A stretch of 64,000 nucleotides of DNA. It comes from Monocercomonoides exilis PA203 (Eukaryota > Protista > Preaxostyla). The stretch covers positions 744,001 to 808,000 of the forward strand of contig LSRY02000011.1 in the NCBI GenBank assembly GCA_001643675.2, in the 5' to 3' direction. This document shows positions 52,606 through 64,000 of the stretch, piece after piece; within the stretch, counting starts at the first letter, position 1; every line of letters begins with the position of its first letter. The notes beneath the pieces were generated by a model. The model searched no databases and was not told the origin of the DNA. It saw nothing but the letters and a program-made list of their open reading frames with translations. The position numbers and the translations under genes are program-made.

Positions 52606-53729
52606 TAGATTGCGCAAAAAATACCGGACATTGCAAAAAATACCGGACAACATTAACTATAAAGGGAGAATTGAAATTTTGTTAAAAATATCAAATAAAC
52701 AATATTGAAACTCATTATACTATAAAAATTAACTGCATTTTGTGTTTTTTTTTACATAACTTTCTGAATAATAACCCATTAAATTATTGATGATTTGTAG
52801 TGATTTCTATTCAATATCATTTTTGTTTTAATTGTTATTTGAATTAAACGCTTAATGGTAAAAAAATCACTGATTCACAAACAAACAAACATATGAACAT
52901 ATGAATATTTAAATTTATTTCCTTTTTAAGGAATGAAGTGATTAATAATAATAAACATACACACGCAAATAAAAAATATAACACAAATTTCCTCAATTGT
53001 AAATGAATATCGATATATTTCTTTTTCATGAAATCAACAATAATCACAAAATAACACAAAAAATTCATTAACAAGTTATGAAGGTGAATATTATAAAAAA
53101 TTTAAAGGATATCTAAAAAAAACAACGAAATCAAAAAATAGAGCAAAACAACTGTTTATTAAAATCAAAAAACGAAGTGATCTCATGAAAATCGATAAAG
53201 ATCGGCAGTTGAAAACAGCTATTATAAAAGAAAAAAACAAGTGAAATAATTGGAAAGCATTTTTGTGTGAATGAAGTTAACAAAAAAAATGATTCAATAC
53301 CAAGTCTTACAATAAACAAAAGCAATTCCCTCAAGAAAATAACTATCAAAAGATAATAGCAACAATATTGTTGATTAGAAATGGATTTTTGGCAAAGAAA
53401 TAAATACAACAAACCTTTTATTCGATCGTTTGATATTTCTTAATCATTGTTGCGTCAATTAAGTAATGAAAGAAAGAAATGATCTTCGTGATAAATTTTG
53501 ATCAAGACCATTATTTAAGATACAAAATGAATAATAAATATTTTGAAAAATGCTTGTTTAAAAAGTCTTTTTCTGATAGATTGATAAATTAACTTGTGAA
53601 AGAATTGATCGTTTATGTTTTCTATGTTGAGAAGAAAAGATATTTGATGTTTTAATCCATCATTAAAGGATGATCTTGCAAAACTTATGAAACATTCATC
53701 GTCAAACCAATCAATCCACAATAATTTCA

Positions 53730-54530
53730 GTTGTTAACTCATCACTTGATTCAATATAACACTTCATTACATCCTTCATTCACACTGCTTGATGAAAGAG
53801 AAATCGAAAATAACGGAACTGTTGATTTCACATCTGAAATTGTTCCAAACTCCAGTTCAACCATCTTCCCTTTCGATTTGATCAAGGAAAACGCAATTAT
53901 GTTTTGCTTCCCTCCATTCACACTCTCATGCAGTTCTTCATGGGCAACTCTCAATCTTCAGCGCTTGATTCTATCACTGCTGAGATTGATCTGTTAAAGC
54001 TCGATGAAACAACAATCTCAATGAACTTCATTTCAGAAAGTGATGTTAATTTCAGAATACAATTTTCTTCAGATCCATTCACTTCTGTTTGACATTCTAT
54101 CTCCACAATTGTCTCGGACTTGGCTTTCACACACAATCCTCCCACATCCGCGCTTCCCCTTAAAGACGATTTTGCAGATAAAATTATTTCTTCTTTTATA
54201 TTATGTGTTCTCTTCAAACGCTCCATCCTATAATTCACATTCTCACAAAGTGCTTTCTCCAAACCACAACGCATCTCTTCCACTCCAGATTTCCCATCAA
54301 CAAACACCTTATCAGCCTTATCTCTATCGATAAATATAAATAAATCAACATCCCAATCGCCAAATGGATCTGTTCTGTCATGCCCAGCAATCGAATTGTC
54401 TTTTTGAGTGATGTTCATCATGAAGGAGAACAAGGACTCTTTCATAAAAGCGGAAAAAGACTCACACACAAAATATGCATTTCTTCCGAAGCATGACTTG
54501 TTAGCCTAAAAACACGACATTTACAACGAC
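53730..54530 (-). pseudogene. Fragment of the large surface-protein family inside the pogo element
   Basis: FGRNAYFVCES...NSIAGHD...DVDLFIFI...KVFVDGKSGVEEMRCG parallels VGKDVFIRC...NSICGND...DIDLIPLI...QVFVEANGRDMRQCG in the 3-5264 protein. Stop near 54505 and a frameshift near 53955. Confidence 0.75.
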
Positions 54531-56492
54531 AAAAGATGAAGCTGACAATTCTAATTTGTAAACAATTCATGGTTGAAAATGTTTTCTGTTTTCATTGCTT
54601 AACATGAATTCTATCGTCTATTTTTGTTCACTAAGATATTATCTGATATTTCACGCAAAAACACAAGACACTTTTTTGTTTAAAAAACATTCCGTGTTCA
54701 AAATATATTTATTGAAAGAAAAAATTGAGACAAAATTGAAAAGCAGTTAATAGAAAATAAAAGAATAAAGTTTTTTCTCATTTTTTTACTGTTATAAACC
54801 CTCATGATTAACTGAATTGCATGCAACATTAGTTCATTCAACTATGAAAAAGATGCAGGTTGTTGAAATAGCATTTGTGCATCTGATAATTCCAACATTG
54901 AAATTTTTAATACAAATTTGGTAAAAGGAACAAAAAAAGAAAAGAAATAATCTGAAAGCTCAAAAAGCTGTTCAGTAAGTTTTTTTAAAATAACTTTGGA
55001 TGATCACAATTATCAATAATTTTAATCCAAACATGTTTTGTTTTCATTCATCAATCATTACATGAATTTTGTACACACATTTATATATTTATATCACATT
55101 GTTACATATTCAATAAAGAAGAATAAGATTTGCAACAAAATTATCAACTTCAATCATGTTTTGTTTGAAAGATCCTTCACAACTACATCAAAAAACAGAA
55201 TTGCTGCTTTGAGTTTTTTAAATGCTTCAAACAATAAAAGCCAACCATTGACTTATTTACTGTCCAATCTTTATTAATAGTTTGGGGGGGTGTGAAATTT
55301 CTTTTTGAAAAATTGCAACAATATATTCGTTTGATTTTATTATTATTCTTGGAATATAAAATAAAACGTAATTGTTTACACAAGATTTCAAATCATTTCC
55401 AATATGTTGTTTTTCTATTATTTCCCTCAATTGAAAACTCCAAGAACTTTTTTCGATTTGTTCCCGAGTGTGTGGCGGAATTCCGTTCTTTGAAAAGCAA
55501 AATGAAATTAGTTTTGGATTACCCTTCAAAGTTAAAAAGAAATTAAGAAAGAATAATTCAACTCTTCCTTTTGAAGTTGATGAATTTTTCATTTTCCAAT
55601 GGATGAACAGTCAGTCCTGAATTGAAAACTGATTTGACAAAGTCTATCGACGCAAATTTAGTGAATGAACACAAGAAGGATCTTTCTACAAATATGCTGT
55701 TCGCACGATTACTGAAAATTTCAATTGACAATTCGAAGATAATTTAAAGACTGCAAAATTTCAATGATTAAATAATAACTCTGCACTTTTCAAACTCTAA
55801 TGTCTATTTTCTGGATCGTCCAAACAGAATAAAGTTTATTTCAATATAAATGAGTGATTCCTACATTAGCAGCTGTTCAATTCAAGAAATGGGATCTTGT
55901 AATATCGATTTTCAACAAAATCTGACAAAATAATGCTACTCCTTTATCACTACTCTAACAATTGTTGATTAACAAGAAGTTATTGTGAAGTTAGCATTTG
56001 TTTGAACTTCATTTTGTTCGCCACATCATCTATCTCCACCGTTTCAATTTTCCCATTTGCCTAACGTAAGAAAAGACTGTTTACAACATATGAAACTACA
56101 CTTCTTGGATTTTTTCAAATTGTTTCAGTTCCGACATGTGTTATTTGATCTTTGAAAAAGAGCATATTTCAGGGAAGAAAAGTTACATAAACTTTAAAGA
56201 ATAGTGGATGGGCTGTTTTGAAAATGAGTAATGATTAGCAAACGTTGACGAATCATGTTCAAAAAACATTTGATTGTCAGAATGATCGCATTAAAAAAAA
56301 CATATTTAAAACATTGTCTTATCAGAAAAAGAGTTAAAAAAATATTTTTATCAGATGTTTTTTTTTTTGTTAAATACGAAATGATGAAATGTACATGTTA
56401 AAAATCGTAAAAAATGATTGCGATATTAATTTCATTAATTTGGCATTCAATACTTATATCTTTGTGAAAATAACAGCCAGTTGGGAAATTTA

Positions 56493-58391
56493 TTAACCAA
56501 AAGAAGAAGTTGTATACTCAATCGAAGAATCTTCGCTATTCTCTGTGGTTGTGCTATCATGAAATGTGCTTGACTCTACAAATGAATCTTCGTAAAAATA
56601 CATGTCAATTCTTTTCTGTGTCTTGACAGATCTTGTTCGTCGAAATTGTTTTATTTCTTTAGCACTCTCAGAATCACTATCGGACTTCTTGCACCGTTTG
56701 GCTATCAATCGTTTTGGTTTTCTGTCAGTGGAATCACCTTTCTTTTTTCTCTTCATACTAAAAATACATTCATTCTCATCATCTTCTGGCGAAGAATCTT
56801 TATCTTTTTCTTTTTTTGATGGAGGTTTTCTTTTATTAATATTCGCTAAATCTTCCACACGTTTTTTTATCTTGTCTCTCTTTTTCATCAACATTTCGAC
56901 AACATACGATGGATGATCATCTATCCATCCCTTCCAATATTTTATTTCATCTTCCTTTTCGTTTTTCTTTTCTTCTTCTTTCCTTTCTTCTTTTTCATCT
57001 TCCTTTTTTCCTTCATTTTCTTCTTTCTTTTCAACTATTTCTTTGTTTGGATCTTCGTTTTCAGTGCGTTCCTGAGAAACATCTTCATCTTTTAACATTC
57101 TTTCAATATGTTGAGCCATCCTAAACAAATCAACTGTAACAATTTGTTTGTTATCTTCATTTTTGCAGATGATTCCAGCTCTTCTAAAAGCAGCTCTGTT
57201 AATGATCGGAATTGTACATGATTGATAACTTTTAACTATTCCTGTCAGAATATGTGCCTGCTGCCTTGATGGGAATAATGATCGTAATTTTTTTAAGTTA
57301 TTTTTCAGATTAGAGAATGTTACCAAATCCAAAGGAGAGAACAAATGCGATGAATGAGGTGGAATGAAAATAATGCATATCTTGTTTTGCTCCATAACAT
57401 GAAGGGCTTCTGCACCAGAATGTGCTCTGAATCCATCTGCTATAAGAACCGTTTTTTTGCTTGCTTCATCTTTCAGCCTATTAATATGTGGAATAAAACA
57501 AATATTTAGCCATTCCAAAAAGATCTGTGAAGTACAATAACCCTTGGATGAGTTTTTGATAACCACATCCACTCCATCAATCAAATCTCCAAATATTAAT
57601 GATTGAACAGTGGCAGTTTTTGTAATAAGCATGGGAACAACTGAAGGACCAACAAGAGGAATACACCCGATTAATGACACCAGGTTTCCATCTCGAATAA
57701 CGTTGTATGTAACATTCCCGTCATCCACTTCCTTTGGGCATATGACTTTTTTCTTTTTAGCATCTACATATTCTTGAATACCAGTTTCATCCATGCAGAA
57801 AACAAATTGAGGTTCCACATTTTCTAAAATTTTTTCTAAGTTATTAACATATTCTTTTCCTATTGATTGCTTCACTTCTTTCCTTTTAGATTCTATTGGC
57901 TTTGCTAATCGTTTTTTTAATTTGTCTTTATGAGACAACAGAAAATGCCGAACAAAGGAGTAAGAAATATTTAATTCATAAGTTAAATTGATGTAAGTTT
58001 GTAAAGAAGAAATGGTGAAAGGATTTCCTTGATTATATTTATCAACGCAAAGCTTTACTAGCTCCATCTCCTTTTCTTTTGACATAGCACTTGGTCTTCC
58101 TCTTTCTTTCAGTTCTTTATTTGCCATTTTAATTAATTCGTCTATTCTTGATTTTTTGAAATTGACAAACAATTGCAGTCCTCTCGATGTTGAGTATTTT
58201 GGATAATAACGAATGAGTAGCTCTTGTAAATATTTCAACATGATTGGCACATTTTCTGGATTAAGTGATTCCAATTCATTGAATATAATCATTGCCGTGT
58301 CGTAATCGATATTTTCAGTTAGTTTTTCCAACAGTTTTGATTTTTGCAATAATGAGCTTCCATTCACTCCAGAATCTTCCTCCGATGACAT
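56493..58391 (-). CDS. pogo-type DD35D transposase (CENP-B-like HTH plus DDE_1), 632 aa, intact
   Basis: RGRPSAMS...FVRHFL HTH region, VFCMDETG, VLIADGFRAH, FIPPHSSHLFSPLD. There are 35 residues between the 2nd and 3rd Asp. First ATG is at 58391; the track's start at 58481 is TTG. Confidence 0.92.
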   Translation of the reverse strand: MSSEEDSGVNGSSLLQKSKLLEKLTENIDYDTAMIIFNELESLNPENVPIMLKYLQELLIRYYPKYSTSRGLQLFVNFKKSRIDELIKMANKELKERGRPSAMSKEKEMELVKLCVDKYNQGNPFTISSLQTYINLTYELNISYSFVRHFLLSHKDKLKKRLAKPIESKRKEVKQSIGKEYVNNLEKILENVEPQFVFCMDETGIQEYVDAKKKKVICPKEVDDGNVTYNVIRDGNLVSLIGCIPLVGPSVVPMLITKTATVQSLIFGDLIDGVDVVIKNSSKGYCTSQIFLEWLNICFIPHINRLKDEASKKTVLIADGFRAHSGAEALHVMEQNKICIIFIPPHSSHLFSPLDLVTFSNLKNNLKKLRSLFPSRQQAHILTGIVKSYQSCTIPIINRAAFRRAGIICKNEDNKQIVTVDLFRMAQHIERMLKDEDVSQERTENEDPNKEIVEKKEENEGKKEDEKEERKEEEKKNEKEDEIKYWKGWIDDHPSYVVEMLMKKRDKIKKRVEDLANINKRKPPSKKEKDKDSSPEDDENECIFSMKRKKKGDSTDRKPKRLIAKRCKKSDSDSESAKEIKQFRRTRSVKTQKRIDMYFYEDSFVESSTFHDSTTTENSEDSSIEYTTSSFG

Positions 58392-59914
58392 TTTTTTATT
58401 AATTTTTTTGATATAATGGGAAAAATACACATAAATTATATATTTTTTGATAAATGAGAAAGAGTCAAAATTCGAACTCAATGCTAATTATTTTATCTTC
58501 TTATCAAATAAATAATTCAGTTCTTTTAAAACCAAAAAATAGAACTGACCATAAATTTATTTTTTGTCCGGTATTTTTTGCGCAATCTATACCCCAAAAA
58601 AATGATATTTTCATCAAATGAGAAAAAAAGCGAAAAGATGAAATTTAATATTTAAATCAAAAAATTTTTGGATTGAAAAAGAGAGAATCGAAAAAATTTT
58701 CAAGAAAATAAGAAAATGGCATTCAAAAAAACACTTCAACCTTGGAAATTGTGTCGTTGTGAAAAAGTTCACAAAACATTCTGAGAATTCATATTTAACT
58801 GTCATATTTTTTTTTTCAAAAACGAAAAAAACTGAGTTTAAATAATTCAAATCCGCCTCTTTTCTCAATAAAATTTCCAGCTTGCTTTTGTCTTGTTTAT
58901 TTACTCAACTCAATTCAAAATTTTACATTTTTGAACATCATTGATTCCATAAAAAGCGATTGAATTGAAAAAATAACAAGAATGAAATCTCAACTGATTT
59001 TTCTTTTCAAGGAACAAAAAAGCAGATGAAATGTTGCATTGGTGGTTCAACAGAAAAAAATACTACAAAAAAGCAGAGTTATTCTTTTTCAAAAAAGAAG
59101 AAGAGAAAAGAAGAATCGACAAACAACGAAGAATGTTTGTCAAAGATGATGAGCTCGAAGTACCTTTGCGCTTCTGTTTGAAGACATGAGGATGAGTCGA
59201 AACGGAGTTCTTCAATGTCTCAAATCGAAAATCTTTGCGCATTCCTTCAAATATACTTCATCAAATGGCATTGGTCGTATTTGTTTTTCATTCATATTTG
59301 TAAAACGTAAGTGAGTCCTCTTTTGAAAATGTTCGGTAACTGTTGAAGTCTTCATTGCAAACAGCGATGAACCCTGCTTTCATCATCATTGGAAAAACAT
59401 ATAGATAAATTGGAAGGCACTACGCTCTTTGGCTGGCTTTTGTGATGATTTCTCTCAAGTCGAAAAGATAAGAAATTCCACAATAAAATTAGAACGACTT
59501 CCATTGAAAACAGAAAATGGAGAATGATTTTCTGTAATGTTTCGAGATCATCATATTTGTGGGTTGTGAATTTCAAAATGAGCGTTCAATTTGTTTCAAA
59601 CAATATCCAAACAACAAAACACTTCATCGTTCCACATTCTGCATGCACTCAAAATGAATCATGAAATGAAACGCTTTCAAATGCACAACAAACAGTTTTT
59701 GGACAACAAATTCATTTTTGTGTTCTTCTCATTGATTTCCAAACAAATGCAAAGAAAGAACAGAAATCAGGAGAATTATTCCTGTTATTATATAAATGGA
59801 TCAAAAGTTCTTAATTAAGGTTCATCTGACAAAAAATGTTTATTGCACAATGGCTTGTGCCATGCATTGATGGATGCTCATGCATTGCCAAAAATCGTTT
59901 GATTGAAAAATCAT

Positions 59915-62900
59915 ATGAAACCCATACTCACACTCAGAATGAATTTGATGTTTGTGTTTGCGTTGATTGCGCTGTTGAACAGCTTTGAGACAGCTCACAA
60001 ACACGAACAATCTGACTTGACATTTGATGAAGATGTCCATTTTGTTCATATCAGGAAACAAGAATCAACTAACGAACATTCAAAGGAAACTCCATTTGGA
60101 TGTGCTTATAACAGACAAAAAACAAGAAATAGTCTTAAAGAAGATGATATCGTTTGTGAAGATGCCGAATCAATGAAGATGATATTGAGGGAGAGTGAAA
60201 GTGATTCAAAAGAGAAAAGAAGTGAACCAAACGATATGAATTGCCATTTGAAGAATGAGAAGAGTCAGTTGAAGATCATTCGTGATTCGAAAAGTGTTTT
60301 TCACAATCCAAGATCCACCGTGATGACGATGGTCAATTTTGGAAATTCGAGTTGTGAGATGAAATATTTGGTGCTTGTCAAAGAAAAGAGAAGATCGATG
60401 ATTCTCATCAACAGCTTGTCCACCGTTCTTGTCCATTGCTGTTCAGTGCATGATCATGGAATGTCAGGTGGTCATTTGTTGAAGTTGAATGAAGGTCATC
60501 TGATTTTGAGCAACATTTCTTATTTTGCCAATCAGTTTGCAGAAATTTGTGAACCGCTTGTTAGCTGCGACGGAAAGGGTTTTGGACAAAAGAATAAGAA
60601 TTTGAAAATGTTTGATTCTGATTTTTCTTCATTTGCTTTGGGAAGATCAATTTCTCTTTTGGCAAGCACAGACATAAGGGAAATAGCAGTTTGCACCTGC
60701 CATTTTGCAAACATCTCACAAAGTGCGAGAGTCCAAAGCAATCGATGTTCAATGGGCAGTTCAGAAAATGAATATCGTTTCGAGGGATGTTTTGTGGAAA
60801 AAGTTGAGTCACCACTTGGAGGAGGATTGGTTGAAGGGATGCGTTCAGAATATAATCACTTTTTGGCTCTGAATTCATCGTATTCTCAATGCGTTCGGAG
60901 AGAAAATGCAGATCCAGTGATTGGAAACAAAAGCATGGAAAGTCAAATTGTGAACTCAGGTGATGCAACATTTGTGAATTGTGATTTCAACAACCTTTCA
61001 AACGAAAATTCATCACGATCGTTTGGTGGAGCAATTGTTTTCTCTTCTTCTGGTCTCTTAAATGTCACCTTGTGTAAATTTCATTCATGCCACAGCATTT
61101 ATTGTGGTGGGGCAATTTCATCAAGACAAACCGGAAAAAATTTTGTCATCTCATCTTCTGAATTTGATTCTTGCACAGCTGAAGCTTCTGGAGGATGCAT
61201 TGACTTTTATTATGTATCAACACTCTCAATGAAAAACATAAATTGCTCCAACAGTTCAACCAAACACACTGGAGGTGGGATATTTATCGAGAAAAACGAG
61301 TATCAGGGAATTGTTGAAAGATGCAACTTTTTTTGTTGTTGCAGAAAGAATACAACATATTACGATGAAGGGGGAAGTGTTGGATTTTATAATGATGTTG
61401 CTGGTATTTTCACTGATTGTTCAATTTGTGGTGGATACAGCGAAAGACATGGAGCAGGATTTGGATGGACCAAGGGAACAGGAGTGAGCGACATTCAGAT
61501 TATATTTTGCTTCTTTTCAAACAACACATCCGAGAATTTGGGCCACGATATCTATGCTGTTGAAGGGTGGACAAACATCACAGAAAATTCGTTTGTGCTT
61601 TGTCGTTCAAGCACAGCTGCAGATAACAATCGAGTGGTGATTGGAACAACAGAATACAACAATTGGATTCCAAAAGTTTTCTTCAACCCAGTGTTTGTGA
61701 ACTCACAGGAAGGGTTGGATCACATGGCCTGTGGGTTTGTGAGAGCAGCAGATGAATATGGAAGGAGATGCAAAACAATCGAGTTTGGAATGAGTGTGCT
61801 GGATGGTGATGGAAGCAGCAATGAAGTGATCATTGAATTTGGGGATTATGAAGAAAACAAAATTGATGTTGGAAAAATGAGAATTGCATTTGAGGGGAAA
61901 GACAAAGCACAAGTGGTTGTTCGCAACAGATCACCAAATGGAGAATCATTGGTGGCCATTGACACAGGAGTGGGAAGTTTCAGAAAAATCACATTTGTTT
62001 GTGGAGAGAATCCATCGTCTCATCTGATGGAAGTGTTGGCAGAAAAAGGGATGTTGAAATTGGTTGAGTGCGTAATCACTTCATCGTCAAGCTATGAAAA
62101 CTGTGTTTTAACAGCATCGCTGATGATTGTCCAAAAGGGGTCTGTCAGTTTTGATTCTGTTGAGATCAGTGGAATATCGTTTTCATCTGTTCCAGCATTC
62201 GACGTCAGAGGCGAAAGCTCACTGTCTTTCCAGATGAACAATGTTGATGCATTTGGCATTTCTCGAGTGAGTGGAGATGGGAGTGTGATTTGTGGGAATC
62301 TGGTGAATGGGATGAATGTGAATGTTTCAAGGGGAATGATGAAGAACTGTGGGTGTGAGGATGGGTGTGGAGGAGGGATGTGGATTCAACTGGATGAAGG
62401 CTCGAAGATGGAGATCGGGAATGTCTCAAGTGAAGGTGCTGATGAGAATGTGGAACGTGTGACATTCAGGAGTTGCAGCTGTGTGGGGAAGGGAAATGGA
62501 GTTGGAGGATATGGCGGAGCTCTTTATCTGGATGTTGTTGATGAGGATTGTGCTTTTTGCATCCATTGTGCTCGTTTTGAGGATTGCCAGGCCGAAAAAG
62601 GGAACAACATGTTTGTGAATGCACAGTGTCTGAGAGATGTTGTGAGTCACACCACATTTGGCTTTGCGCATGAGGGCATGACAGACGATGACTTGTTGGG
62701 ATTTGAGGATGGGTGCCGGGAGGAGTGTGTGCCACTTCTTTCATTCTTGATGGAAGCAGGGGATGTTGGATTTGTGGGAGGAGAGAAAAGCATGGACTTC
62801 AGCAGATGTGGATTGGAGCATTATCCGTGCTCATCGATCAAGAGAGTGGTTGAGTTGTGGTTTGGGGCTGTGCCACGAACAATCCGAATCAAAAATGGAT

Positions 62901-64000
62901 TTGTGCTCTGTGAGGAGGTTGTGATGGAGAGCCAGTTTTGGAATGTGTCAGGCACAACTGGAGGCACTGCGATTGAGGTTGTTGTGCCTCCTGCTCTTCA
63001 GTTTGACTCAGAATGTTTGATCAGAGTTTCATCTGAAGCATTGCTGAAAGATATGTGCTTTTCGCTTCCATCAGCACTTTCTCCAGCCTCTTCATTCATC
63101 ATTTCCTCTTCAAATGCTTTGAGTGTCAGTGATTGCTCAATTGAGCCTGCCATCGGAAACTCACTGAATGAAATCGAATTCTGTGTTTTTCAGATTGAGG
63201 GAGGAGTTCTGCACATGACAGGCTTCTCGAACAAAGGATCATTAAACACCTTGTCAGATCCAATAATCAGATGTGCTGGAGAATGTTCAGCTGAATTGTC
63301 AAATTGTGTTCTGACTGGAATTTCGAGGAGAAATGGAGAAGGAAGCTGTCTGGAAAGGAGTTGTGACAAAAAGGAAATCGAGAATTCTGACACTTCTATT
63401 GTTGATGTTATAATAATCACTAATTGCACATTCAGTGAGTATGGTGTTGAGGAGAAAGACGGTTGTGGTGGAGGAATGAAGATTTCAATTGGCAAAGATG
63501 AAGGGGTTGCGATCAATGGGTCAACCACGTTTGATGGATGCAAGACGGAGAATGAGGCAGACTCAAATGGAAGAGGAGGAGGGATGATGATAACTGTTGG
63601 AAGTGGAGGGAGCTTGAAGATGAAGGAAGTGAAGTTTGAAGGATGTGAAGTGCCATCAGGTGAGAGTGATGAGGTGGGGAGAGGATTGGGAGGAGGAATG
63701 TTTGTCGAACTTCCCAATCAACTGGGAACATTCATTTTGGAAGGAATGACATTTGAGGGATGCAATGCGTGGAAAGGAAAGAATGTGTTTCTTTCAGGTT
63801 GGGATCTGAGAGAGATTGTGAACAAAGAGAAATTCAAATGGGAGATGAGTGATGAGGAGTTGGGATCATTGGGTGAGTTGTGTGGATGGGAGAGGAAGAC
63901 AACAGGAGAGGGATATGTGATTCCACTTGTTGTGTATTTGTGGGATAATTGGAGTGGGAATGGATTTGTCACTTTTGAAAGTGGAAAAGATTTCAGTGGC
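59915..64000 (+). CDS. Second large surface-protein family member, 5' part (>1360 aa), with signal peptide; runs off the window
   Basis: After a stop at 59900-59902 the frame reads MKPILTLRMNLMFVFALIALLNSFETAH. Both ends translate in the same frame and the ORF track reports no terminated ORF in it. FGGAIVF and CGGAIS repeats. The end module GCNAWKGKNVFLSGWDLREI...CGWERKTTGEGYVIPLVVYLW is nearly identical to 1290-1500. Confidence 0.85.
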   Translation, partial: MKPILTLRMNLMFVFALIALLNSFETAHKHEQSDLTFDEDVHFVHIRKQESTNEHSKETPFGCAYNRQKTRNSLKEDDIVCEDAESMKMILRESESDSKEKRSEPNDMNCHLKNEKSQLKIIRDSKSVFHNPRSTVMTMVNFGNSSCEMKYLVLVKEKRRSMILINSLSTVLVHCCSVHDHGMSGGHLLKLNEGHLILSNISYFANQFAEICEPLVSCDGKGFGQKNKNLKMFDSDFSSFALGRSISLLASTDIREIAVCTCHFANISQSARVQSNRCSMGSSENEYRFEGCFVEKVESPLGGGLVEGMRSEYNHFLALNSSYSQCVRRENADPVIGNKSMESQIVNSGDATFVNCDFNNLSNENSSRSFGGAIVFSSSGLLNVTLCKFHSCHSIYCGGAISSRQTGKNFVISSSEFDSCTAEASGGCIDFYYVSTLSMKNINCSNSSTKHTGGGIFIEKNEYQGIVERCNFFCCCRKNTTYYDEGGSVGFYNDVAGIFTDCSICGGYSERHGAGFGWTKGTGVSDIQIIFCFFSNNTSENLGHDIYAVEGWTNITENSFVLCRSSTAADNNRVVIGTTEYNNWIPKVFFNPVFVNSQEGLDHMACGFVRAADEYGRRCKTIEFGMSVLDGDGSSNEVIIEFGDYEENKIDVGKMRIAFEGKDKAQVVVRNRSPNGESLVAIDTGVGSFRKITFVCGENPSSHLMEVLAEKGMLKLVECVITSSSSYENCVLTASLMIVQKGSVSFDSVEISGISFSSVPAFDVRGESSLSFQMNNVDAFGISRVSGDGSVICGNLVNGMNVNVSRGMMKNCGCEDGCGGGMWIQLDEGSKMEIGNVSSEGADENVERVTFRSCSCVGKGNGVGGYGGALYLDVVDEDCAFCIHCARFEDCQAEKGNNMFVNAQCLRDVVSHTTFGFAHEGMTDDDLLGFEDGCREECVPLLSFLMEAGDVGFVGGEKSMDFSRCGLEHYPCSSIKRVVELWFGAVPRTIRIKNGFVLCEEVVMESQFWNVSGTTGGTAIEVVVPPALQFDSECLIRVSSEALLKDMCFSLPSALSPASSFIISSSNALSVSDCSIEPAIGNSLNEIEFCVFQIEGGVLHMTGFSNKGSLNTLSDPIIRCAGECSAELSNCVLTGISRRNGEGSCLERSCDKKEIENSDTSIVDVIIITNCTFSEYGVEEKDGCGGGMKISIGKDEGVAINGSTTFDGCKTENEADSNGRGGGMMITVGSGGSLKMKEVKFEGCEVPSGESDEVGRGLGGGMFVELPNQLGTFILEGMTFEGCNAWKGKNVFLSGWDLREIVNKEKFKWEMSDEELGSLGELCGWERKTTGEGYVIPLVVYLWDNWSGNGFVTFESGKDFSG

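Larger units (their letters stand above)
52606..58589 (-). mobile_element. ~6-kb pogo-superfamily DNA transposon with perfect 25-bp TIRs, TA flanks, intact transposase and internal cargo
   Basis: TA|TAGATTGCGCAAAAAATACCGGACA (52606-52630) and TGTCCGGTATTTTTTGCGCAATCTA|TA (58565-58589). A second GCAAAAAATACCGGACA copy follows the left TIR. Confidence 0.88.

Noticed and set aside
56493-58391. Associated RNA-guided nuclease (Fanzor/TnpB-like)
   Set aside because: No RuvC or zinc-finger motifs seen in the transposase tail or cargo; the tail is low-complexity charged sequence.

Overview
Eukaryotic, AT-rich, intron-containing protist DNA in the standard genetic code. Gene content and style suggest an oxymonad such as Monocercomonoides; this is an inference, not a database match. 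Left to right: (1) the 3' part of a large receptor-like surface protein gene ending in a degenerate kinase C-lobe; (2) two long foldback elements and a decayed pogo-like transposon (5.8-10.4 kb); (3) a 4-exon gene for the RNA polymerase I second-largest subunit; (4) a ~29.8-kb, 3-exon gene for a ~9,850-aa dynein-heavy-chain-like protein that has lost the AAA1, AAA3 and AAA4 P-loops and is doubled in size by Ser/His/Thr-rich insertions; (5) head-to-head with it, a divergent RPL27A; (6) a small gene with two partial p25alpha (TPPP-like) repeats and an 11-nt micro-exon; (7) a transposon cluster made of a MITE, a dead Merlin (ISXO2-like) element and a ~6-kb pogo-type DD35D element with an intact transposase, perfect 25-bp TIRs and an internal fragment of the host surface-protein family; (8) the 5' part of a second surface-protein gene, which the ORF track omits because it runs off the window. 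All homology calls come from motif recognition by eye.
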